A stretch of DNA of 64,000 nucleotides from Chrysomallon squamiferum. Taxonomy: Eukaryota > Animalia > Mollusca. Location: contig CM022671.1 in assembly GCA_012295275.1 (NCBI GenBank), positions 12,524,001-12,588,000 of the forward strand, in the 5' to 3' direction. Each line of letters opens with the position of its first letter. Position 1 is the first letter of the stretch. The notes under the pieces are model-generated. The model was not told the origin of the DNA, searched no databases, and worked only from the letters and a program-made list of their open reading frames with translations. This document shows, piece after piece, positions 44,868 through 56,800 of this stretch. The position numbers were made by a program, and so were the translations under genes.

Positions 44868-46867
44868 ATACTATAATTTCTGTTGTTAAAATCTTAATTT
44901 AAAAAAATGAAATTGTCTTCCTTTATTATAAAAATATCAAATACATTCAATTATTAATAATTCGCCAAATATTCATTTTCATTTATATTATCTTTATTAT
45001 TATTGATCTGTATGTTTTAAAACTGTACTTGCATATTTCCATCTCTTTAATATTTAAGTTACCTATAAAAGTAGATTAGTAAAGTATTATTATTTCCTCA
45101 GACTGTATATTTAGTTCACTGTAATATTATCAATTATAATTTCTCTGAAAACATTCAGATTATATACAGAATTATTATTCATTAAGTTTACTTGTACTGT
45201 AAATTTACAATTATACAGAATACTTCCATTTCTCCTGTGTATTTAACATTATTCTAAAAAGAGTAGATCCACTCATTTTTATTATTACTTTTTTTTTAAG
45301 CAACACGGAATAAAGATTGTTATCACCATTAAAGTAGTGATATGTATAATACAAAAAACTGGATAACACTACATTGCTGATAACTATATGATTTCTATAA
45401 ATTCAAAGAAAACTATTTTTAAAGCGCTTTAAAATTGACTGAACTTTTCTCATATTTGTTTTGTCAATTTTTATTTTATTTTATTTAATTTTTTTGATAA
45501 CGCCACCGGTCTATTAATGAGAAACTTTAAGTTAAATGAATTTGAGTGCAGTATTAAACAGTGGAAATGGCAACGAATGTTGTACGAGAAAGTTAATCGA
45601 TTCTGAATTTCAACACTTTAAGTCAGGAAACGTTTTCAAGCATCTGCTTACGGCATCACAGTAATCCCCGCTGCCCTTTTTTTAAACAGAGAAACAAACA
45701 ATACAACCAAACATAATGGTCATTTAACCAGCTAAATAGATCTTCATGGCCAAATGTACAGGTAATATAAAACGAACTGTTTTGTGTAATAAAATATATA
45801 GGTATTATTATTATTATTATTATTATAGGTTTAATACTTATATAATACATATATTCATAATTACATATAAATGTATATAGATAATCATGTATTTTGACTA
45901 ATATCACAACAGCTGATCTAAAGCTATATATTTGTTTCTGTCTCGCACATTGCTGCATGTTTTAAATGTTTATATAGTTGTGAATTACTTGTTTTATCTT
46001 TACTTAATAATATATTTATGTAAAAATGTGTTGTTTTAAATTTAACCGTCGATGTACGTTTACTGCTCCTTTCAGTTATCACTAAAATATTTTGATGACT
46101 GATAACCTCTTACTGTATGCATTGTAAGCATTATCCTTAGATTGGTTTAATATTCGTAAGGTGGATTATGATTCCATCTCTGAACAGTGCTATACAGCAG
46201 TTGCAAAAGCTGTCCCTGACTCTTTCATTATTTTATTTGTTCTGATGTTTAACCCATTTTTCATGTCCATATAATTTAATTTCTAACTTGACAATGGTTA
46301 TAATCGTCTAAAGAAAGTTTCCAGTTTTTCGGTGGCGCTTTTATTATAATACTATGAACTGAAAATTGCTGTTAAATATGAGTTACTTTGGCTTGTTTTT
46401 CTTAATAAAAACGTGTATGTACATTTGGGTGTGAGATATACAGAGTATGTTTGTGACACTTATTTCATTCTACGCTCACTTCTTGACACTTCTTTTATGA
46501 TGTGATACTTTCACTGGAGAAATAAATTTGTATGTTGAACAGAAACTTTTCGTTTTGTATTAGTTTACCGTCTAAAACGATGTTCACATTCTGATTCGCC
46601 ATTGCAACCATCAGTTTATAAATTTATATCTATCAGCGCTATCTAAAATACGTTCTCTCTGTTAATCGAGGGATGGGTCTATTAATCATGGGCGAATCTA
46701 ATTCAATGGAACGTTAAAAAAGGAAATTCGTAATATTATATTACACAGAATGACTGATGTATTTTTAAAATATCAGTTAAAATACAGCATAATAATTAAC
46801 AAAATAATTATCTGTTAAATTTATACATTTTTCTTAATTAAAAACACTATACACAAAAAATAAAAAT

Positions 46868-46990
46868 AGGATGGTTTTGGGGGCAGAAACGGATTAATGG
46901 TGTTTCAATTAATTTCAATTTGGAAAATTGATTTGATATACGAGCTCGGTCACGGAACGAATTAAACTCGTAAGTCAAAGTACCACTGCA
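46868..46990 (+). mobile_element. 3' end of a Tigger-family element
   Basis: aacggattaat...ggtcacggaacgaattaaactcgtaagtcaaagtaccactg. The terminus is an inverted match to the TIR at ~31138. Confidence 0.7.
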
Positions 46991-47429
46991 TAATGATCCA
47001 GTGACTTCTCAGCTTGTCTGTTTATACCGATGACGAGAATGTTGTGCAGCTATTGCACCAGGAAATTCTGAGTCTTTGTATCAAAGAACATTGCTCTAAA
47101 TGAACTGTTTGAATATCTGGCTTATTGCCCTAAGAGACGCTACCACATGTAGTCATGATTCGGTTCAATCACTGACCACTGACTTTGTCCTGCCGAGTTA
47201 TTTTATTTATTTCTTTTATTGTTTTTTAAAGTCAACGTCTCTTAAAGAAGTCAGTAAACTGTGTGTAATTAAAATTACGTTACAATCAAATCAGATTTCC
47301 AAACTGACAAATGGTATATTCTGAGAACTTAAGGTCAGTGAAATTTACAAAAGCAAAACAAATAAAAATAACTAAATATATCAAATGGTTATTGTTCAAG
47401 ATTGATCCACCAAAATTTAAACACAACTG

Positions 47430-47467
<38 letters not shown>

Positions 47468-48263
47468 AAGGATAATACCATTAATTAAATAAAAAACCAG
47501 AATATTCAGGACTGTAGGAAATGGTAGGTCTATCATTACAGATAATACAACTTTATATATGAATTTAAAAAAATAACAACCGCAAAACAATAAATGAATA
47601 ACACCCCCCCCCCAAACAAAAATACTACTACTACTACTACTAGTAATAATATTAAACATAATAATAGTAACAAATACAAAAAAAACCTCCAAATACACAA
47701 CAACTTTGATTTTAAGATGGAAATATTATAAGAAGCATTCAAATTCTTGTTTCTAATATTATCCTTCCCAACAAATAAAATTGAATTTTACACTTAATCT
47801 TTTCCTTTTGTAACTTGTTTTTTTTCTTTTGTGCTGTTCTGAGTCAGGACAGTGTAAGAGTCAACAGGCCTCAGGCAAACACTTGTAATTGATGTTGTAT
47901 GTGATGAAAGATTCAGTTAGTGTCTTATTGTTAACTCTTACCTCGTATGTAACTAACAGTAATAATGTGACTTCCGTTTGCAGGATCAGTAGAAACCAGG
48001 ATCTGATCTTGGGATTAGAAATATGTACAAGGAGAGCACTCAGACTGTAAGTAAAGCCACTCTTAAATATCCATTGTTCTGTAAATAAAACTGTATTTTT
48101 ATATCTAATTCTCAATTGTTTTTCAAAGCAATATGACTTGAAAGATTAAGTTAAAGGTGAGATTTTAGTGCACAAGTGCATATGTATGTGTGGTCTTTGT
48201 AAGTAAAAATAAATAAAATGTAAAAAAATAAAATAAAATAAAAAATAAAACATTCATAAAAAA

Positions 48264-48310
<47 letters not shown>

Positions 48311-50806
48311 CCAAATTACCAAACACCTAATTTATTTATTTATTTATATTTGTTTTTTTAATTTCAAGATCATGTAGTAGTGATATAATTATTGTCTCTT
48401 CATAAACTACCCTTATGCATTGAATAAAAATCCCATATTAAATACAGGATACATGCAGTCTTTGCTAAGAATTCAGAATGGAAAAAACAACAGAAAGGAT
48501 GTTCAATGATTTGTGGATCCTCTAGTCATCCTTTCTTGTGTCTTAAGCTAACCTAAGTACAGCCACTCCATATTTTTTTGAAATTACCATAACATTATCA
48601 TAGTATTACACACTGTAAAACAAAATTAATTATTCATACCTAATCTTTAATTCATAAAATTCTGTGATCAGTATACATTAGAAATAAAAGTAATTCTAAA
48701 ACCCAAGCAAGGGAAATAATTTGTGTAATTGAGGTCCGTCATAATCATGTAAACGTCTACAATTTCATTTAATTAATATTAACCTTCTTAACAATTTATA
48801 ACATTGACAGCAGTTTGACATACAACACTCCACATTTTCTTTGTGCTGTTTTATAACATAAACGCTGAAAAACGCTATCTGTTAATAAGAAAGAGATGTG
48901 TGCGTGTGCGTGCGTGCGTTTATCCTTTTATAACTTAATTCATTTTATTCTGGACATACATATTACAGCAACATTTTAACCAAAAAGAAAAAAGTTAAAA
49001 AGTTAAATAATAAACTATTAATAAATACCGTAACTTGGGAAAACAAGTATTAACATAAAGGAAAAGGTAAAAGTATGTATTATCACAACAGCTATTAAAA
49101 TATTACTGATATTATTTTAAAACATTTTAATCCAATCTTTGTTAATAATAAAGCATCAATATAAAACAAGATGTGGAGATGCAGACACTTCACTTTTTCA
49201 TCTACTATAATTAATATTTTGTTATAACTTTTTTATCTTAATCATTATTTATTATTACTAAGGCTGTTTTCATAATAAAAATTATCATCAGAAACAAAGA
49301 AATACATTCAGAATACTAGTTCAAACCATCAGAGGCATATTCAAAAGAGTGTACAAATAGCACTATTATTTTGATAAATTGTTTTTGTAAACTAATTATA
49401 AACAGTGATGCATAAAAACTAATATATACTTTTCTCAAATTTCTAATTTATTTTCAACCCACCTCACAATTAATAAAGACTAAAATATGAAATCAGCAAT
49501 CAAAAACATTTTCTGATAACAAAATATATTGCACATAATCAATAAATGCTTACTTGAACGAATATATTATTTTCTATCATGGTCAGAAGTCAATATGCAA
49601 TATTAACTCTGACAAACTAAGGGATACAATTCTACAAATAAAACTTTTGACTATGGTGCAAGTTTCTTCCCTTGAATAAATGAGAGTAGGTTTGTAAGAA
49701 TGTTTTTTATTTTTTAAATTAGTAATAAATCTGAATAATAATAATAATAATAATAATCTAAAAATATTGTAAAGAAATATTGAAAAGTTTCAGACAGAAG
49801 GTTTAATATAATGTTTAAAAAAATGATAATTATTTTCTAAAAAAAAAATTGTCAACAATTTAGTATTTAACAAGGATATAATATTAAAATGTACTTGGCC
49901 TGTTTAAAAAAAAAAAGAAGAAAGAAATATCTAAAAGACATTTAAAATATTAAATACACAGCATTCACAGGTTCATTTATGTTCTCAAAATTGCTTTAAC
50001 ATTTATAAATATCAATAAAATGATACACTTCTGATTATTATTTCTATTCTTTCCAGTTAACATCTTCATCTGTATAATCATTTAGATATGCAAAAACAAG
50101 CCTGGAAATAAATTTTCAGTTACTTACTTACAAAATAAACGTTTGTTATTCTTTAAAAGTAACAAATTTAACAGTAGAATTTATTTTGTCTAAATTGGAA
50201 TAACTATTTATGTTGTATAATTAAAATAATATAAGGTGTTTTTTCTTTTTATTAATTTATCATTATTAATATTTCTGATTTCATATATAAAAATGTTGAA
50301 TTTCGCTTTAAACTGCTTATGTAAAATTATTTCAATAATGTTTGTTAAAAATGTTTCTGTCTTGTCTGTCATGATTTAAGTAAGCACTCAGATCACATCA
50401 GTGAATTCAAATAAGGAAACTGTTATTGTAAATCCAGATGGTCAGGCAAACCAGTCATTAATTACAACAGCAACAAAAAAAGATAAGTGCACCAATTAGA
50501 AAGATACTGATACATTAATAACTGCACTGACTTATAAAATTCTTTGTATCACCATTTGTTATTAGCTTCAACGCACAAGTTTACTGATAATGGATTATAA
50601 AACAGTAAATGTTTTAAACATCACAGCTCTAGTCTTCAAAAAAGTCTCTCAGATAATAATTTAACATCAGAATTAAATTGTGACACATCTTTAAGGATTC
50701 TGTGATGTTGGATATTAAACTTAAAACATTTTTAATCCTCAAAATGTATATGGTAATTTAGAGGTCACATGTACCTGCATATGATACAGCAGTTGTAAGT
50801 TTCCAG

Positions 50807-50896
50807 TTACTCTGTTTCTTTGATGACCTGAGGTTTGTAGTTTGGCTTCACTGCCTCTGTTAGTTCAGCAGCATACATGTCAAGTCGCTGGGTCAT
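50807..50896 (-). CDS. UPB1: UPB1 exon 14 (terminal)
   Basis: [29 protein letters not shown]; acceptor ctttgtag. Confidence 0.92.
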   Translation of the reverse strand: MTQRLDMYAAELTEAVKPNYKPQVIKETE

Positions 50897-53800
50897 CTAC
50901 AAAGAAAAATATTTTTAAACTGATGGCAAATATATGTTAAGAAAAGAAATCAAATCTAGCAAAATGATTCAATTATAAGACATAGATGATTCAAATACTG
51001 GTAGAGAAATCAGTATTTATGCACACACATATAGAGACTCACACATGCATGGACATACACACATTTTCTCTTTCTCCCCCCAAATCAAGAATTTTCAGTT
51101 AAGTGTACTGACAATTAATTACATCAGTCTGGTAATTGGTTTTAAATATAATGTTCAAATTTACCCTAAGAGTCCATTTGTCCTTCATTTGGCGACATAA
51201 ATTTAAATCCATCTCTGAAATAATGAGTCCATCTCTAGTCCTTGACAAAGCCTGAAAATAATTTAAATGAATATTGTTTAAAATTATGAAAAACAAATAA
51301 AAAAATTTAAAAATTCTAAATACTTAGTACTTCAAAAACAACTTGAAAGTGACTGATCTACATCTTCACCTGATTTGATTTATAAGCAGTTTTCATGGCA
51401 GTGTTTATTGCTAGCTGCATTTCAGTTCTTTGACTGCAGCCATTTCTAAATTAAGACAAGACCTGTGAGACATTCAACATTCTGTACAGCAGCTGGTACA
51501 TGTGGAATGTTTGTGCAATAAATCTGCCTCCTAATAACAGTAATCACTGACACTGCCTTGGAAACATACGACAGGTATAAAATGGGACTGGAATATAATG
51601 ATTAAGTGACTATATAAGTAGCTCTTGATTACACTGGAAAACTGAGACTGGGAGTCAAAAGAATTAATTCAAGGATCTTCTTCCCAACCCAATCTCAATC
51701 TCGCTCTCTCTCAAAGAAATGTGTGTACGTGTACATTTTAAATTGTTCACAAATAAATAAACCTTTATTGGTTTTTGCTAAATATTTTCATACAGGTTAA
51801 CTGATTTTATCTAACATTATAATTTAAAATAACTTATTAAACAATTAAATATTAATGCTTAAATTGAAATAGTATTTAAAAAAAAATTAATTAATTTAAA
51901 GTACATATTGAGTTACAGTTACTAAAAAATAATAACTAAGAACAAGAAATTTGTGTGAACAACAAAAACAAAAATAATACTTAAAATTAAAAAACTAATT
52001 ATCGTCTGACTTATGGAGATATCTGCTATGTCTATGTAGCTGTTACACACATTGAAATTAATAATGAACTTTACTAGTTCTACCAGTCAAATGGGTTCAC
52101 AGAGGAAAACGGTCAAGGTAAGTTGACCATCCAATAACCTGCCATGACCTCACCTGACCTGAACCAGGACTAAGTACACCTGCTGTAGTATATGTGGACT
52201 GTTCCATGAACTGCCCTGAAACAAGAAAGAGTACAGCTGAACTACAGAGAGCACAGCCAAGTACATGCATCCTTTATCTGTGACTGCTGGCCAGTACACT
52301 CTGGTCAGCAAAGCCAGCCCAATGCCTGGATATGGAAGGAACAGTCCATTAATGCAATAAGCAGGTTACAGATTGCAATACACCAATTTGGAGTGAACTG
52401 GTCCAGGACAGTCCATTTGTAATATTGATTTATTCAAAAGAGAAGCCAACCTCTTTATAAGATTATTTTTAGCTCACAGCATTACTAAGGGAATGTGTTT
52501 CACCTGCCTCACTTTTAACTGTCCTTATGTATGTGATTTTGTATGACTTGTTGAGATATAAATTAACAAGTACATGTCATTGTGTTAAGATAATTTCTAT
52601 ATTTCTTATATTTTAGCAACATAATCCACTCATGGGTATGATTTTATCACTGATAATTTAATTTGTATAATAATTATATCTAATTAATCATGGAAAATAA
52701 TACTATTCTCACTGTGATGTATGGGAATCCTATGATGGATTTGGCTGATATTTTAAACAGATAAAAATGCTAGTACCAAATTTTTCTCTGCACAACTTTT
52801 TCCCAACATTTTGTTTGAATTCAATCAAATATACTCATGTTCTGGAGACACAATACTTACATACGGGTATTTGGCATTTGTGACAACACATGATAATACA
52901 CGTATTTTACCACCTTTTATCTTAATATATTCATTCCAATTCTGTGTGGGTAAGTTTTGTGCTTAGACCAAATTCATTATTATAAAATTTTATGGATCTA
53001 AGGATTAAACAAAATAAAACAAACATTTGTTCTAATATGTTTATGTATATTTTGTTAAAGCTTAAGATTTATAATTATATATGAAATCAGAAATATGTTA
53101 GTTCTGATATTAGTGAAAAAAGAAAACATAAAAAAGCCTAGTTAACTAATGATTCCATTTTAAATTATATAAAGAAATGTACATGTACATTAATAAATTA
53201 TTTAGACAAATTATTACCAGGAATTTGTGAATGTTGTACAAAATTTTGTTCTGGTGTGACACGAGTGTAAATCCCAGATAATAACTGTTGTTACTACTGA
53301 AACTACAGAGCTACTGTATTAATAATCCTAAATTACTAAACAATAATAATGATAGTGATCAGCAAAGTAGAAATATCGTTAAAATAATTTTTTTTTTTTT
53401 TTTATAAATCAATTATCTGAAATAGCTTAGCTTTTTGTTTTAGATTAGGTAATGAAAAAATAATGCTTAGCAATATAAACATTAATTAATATTTAATTAA
53501 TACTTACTGGTGTGCGGCTTCCATCTGGTCCAGCAAAATAACTAGAACCTGTGAAGAAAACTTCTCATTCTGTACATTACAAAACTTTAATTCGCATGTT
53601 TCCGCAACATTTGGGTTTCCAACAGAAGTAAAATATATATGATTGTTAAAAATCACTTTTATAACTGACAAAAATTTATGGTTAGTTTTAAATTAGAAAG
53701 TAACTTTAGTGTGTAATAAATTTTGAAATCATGCTTAAGTATGACTACAACAAACTCCTAAACTACAAGCCACGTCTAATGTCAGTTCATAAAAAATAAC

Positions 53801-56800
53801 TGCTGCTACTCTTTAAAAAAAGTTTATTCTTTTATGAAAATTATATACTTGTACCACATGTCTAGATTTCCTACTGAAAAATATTTATTAAATTAATTGT
53901 AGTTAATGAAACAATGGAAGTTGTTCCACAAAAATGTAACAGTGTGGTAGTAGTATATATTTAGTTCATCTTTGATAATAATAAAGTACAACAATAATAT
54001 TAATAAAAAAAAAAACCTTATTAAATAAGGCTATAAGAAAATGCCAGCTTGTGTACATGCCTTTAGCTGTTACTATACTTTGTATTTTATTACTAGCAAG
54101 GACTACCTTTAAAAAAAAAATTTAAAAATTAAAAAAGATGAAATACTATGTAAAAATGCTGAATAAACACTGAAATGCAAAATTTAGAACATTTAGCTTG
54201 GAATATTAAATAAAATATAGACTCACCATAGAAATGACCAAAATCTTTGTGTGCTGTTAAAATAAAAATAATATATTTATTTACATTTACAATCACATAC
54301 ACAGAAAATTATTTACATGTGTCTTATTAATTTACAACTTTTTATTTCTTTAGTTTTATAATGTTCTGATCATCAACATTGCTAATATAATATAAAATTG
54401 TGTACAGTAGTAACACCTGCATGAGCAGTAACCTCATCATGGTGCAGGGGTGAACATTCTTAGAATGGCCAACAACTGCACAATTCCTCATATGAGGTGC
54501 CTTGTTTGCCACGAGTTGCAACCTGTGTAGTGGATGTTGGGATCCTGAACAAACTGAACAAACTGACAGTGACAAAAAATCACTTCATGTAGATTGAGGT
54601 CAGATCAATCGGCTGGTCATGCCAAGTTCAATAGCTTACCATTGTTTTGTTTAATTTTGTCATGAGCAAAGATGTTAACTAATAGTCTGTAGCTGTTGCT
54701 CTTGGGAGAGGTGGTAGCTACGGTCAGTCAGGTGATTTATAATTTTTATTGCCTGAGTATATCAACCATGTATCCCTGGCATGGCTGTCTGGTGGATACC
54801 CACAACAGCATCTCCCCATCTTGGATTTGATGACAGGTAGGATCATCCTTGATGAACTTTAATTCTCAATTATGAGAGAACTTAAAAACAAATTTATGTC
54901 AACTTCCAATGGGGCCCTGAAAAGAGTCCATACTGAGATCATCACCTTTTGATAAAGACAGGACAAACAATGTGAAGAAATCAAAATGTATTTCTTCTAA
55001 AACCTGGCTGAGGTTTCTTGTCATTGCTGATGACTAAGCCTTGAAAAAAACTATCAACATCTGCAACAGAGAAAGGGCTCCAAGGCTTGGCGGGTGAGCT
55101 TAAAAATGTTAAGAAACTAAGGAATGGTTCATTGTTAGTAGAATGCTCTACAGAGAGTTATTCCAAAAATTTACTTAAATCAAGATTTTTGTGCATAATA
55201 CCTATTAGAGTCAGTCTGCACACAACACTGAATACACCAAAAAGAGTGATTCAGTGTAGGGACCTGGAATGTGTTAGCGAGGAAGAGATTTGCAAAAATC
55301 TCCATTCACAAGGTGTCAAGCAGTTAAAGGTGCATCAGAGCAATGGACTTGTTCCAACAAATATCTTTATTTGACATTTAATATGTCCAATCTTCCAGTT
55401 TCTGTGAAAGCAGTATGTTTACATATTTCTGTTGTACCATTTATTCCAAAGTCTCTCTGATGTTTTAAAAACTGTCATGGACAGAATACATGTCATAACA
55501 GACTGAAATGTACTCAATGTGGTAAGACTGGCCATGAAAGCAAAATGTCAAAATGATATGGAATGTACCATTTTGGTGCAAAACACTTTGCATACTTGTG
55601 GGAGGTTGATTTTATTCACCAATATATTTTTTCACTTTGGCAGGATGATTGTAATGATGCATACTTTTTGTGTAGCTTTACACTGTGTTTTGACTAATTT
55701 GGAATTTTTATATATAGAACACTCACCATTTTGTTGTATTTACTTTTGTTTGACACCCAGCAGCCAATGTATTATTTATGCTGGAATGTTGTTAAGCATT
55801 CATTCATTCATTCATTTGTATAGCAGCAAATTCAAATTTTATTACATGCTTTATCTTATTTCCTTTAGTAATTCTGTAATGCATTTCCTTTCACCACTGA
55901 ATAACCTACACATTTGTTTAAAATCATCTAATCATACATACCTGGTTTTCCATCAGCAGATGTAAATTCATTAGGAAACATTTCCTGTAGTAGACAAATA
56001 AAATATTTTGTTTCAAAATATTTACAAATAAGGATATGAAAAATGAGGTTTTGATGCAACTGAAATTGTGATAATTAAATCAATCATATACTTCACAGGC
56101 TTTTAATTACTGATATAATACAGCATAAAATTATAAGGATTAATAACTTCACTGAATAACATGGTATAGCTAATTTCATCTAATAGTTTACTAAATACTT
56201 ACTGTGCCCACTCTGTTGATAGCACAAGTGAAGTAATTGTTTGCAATAGCAGCACATCTTGCCTCTATAGGCCACATTGGCTCACTGAAACAGAATTACT
56301 AACATGTTTATTATCTGTTACTTTACATCCAAAATGACCGATATAAAATAATAAAATATTTTTCATTATGAATATTGTTTGTTGAACATGCAACAAGTGA
56401 ACAGGAAGATGTTGCATTGACAACACAGTACTGTAACTGTTCAGATGTTCAACCCTAACAAAGTATAGTGTTTAAAACAGTTTACATAATTTTCTGCTCT
56501 TTATTTCAGAGTTATGGTTTAAAGAAGGTAACACAGAGAAAAACTCATAAAGATATATGTAACGGGAACAGTGCTGAAATTCCCTAATTTATTAGTGCCT
56601 GAACCAACACCACTTTTGAAACAATTACAAACACTGAATGTGAAAACAGGTAATAATTCAAGATTAATGGAAAGGGGCAATGTGGGCAAAATAATTGCCC
56701 TTTTGTACTAAATTGTGCCTTACCCTTTAATCTATGGCAAAACTTGGTTTTCTTCTCTTAAATTTCTATCAAGTTTTTATCAAAATACTACTTCGAGGTA

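Noticed and set aside
55087-55965. ORFs of 95 aa and 148 aa as host genes
   Set aside because: The first is a piece of decayed LINE ORF1; the second is an off-frame read through the LINE 3' UTR.
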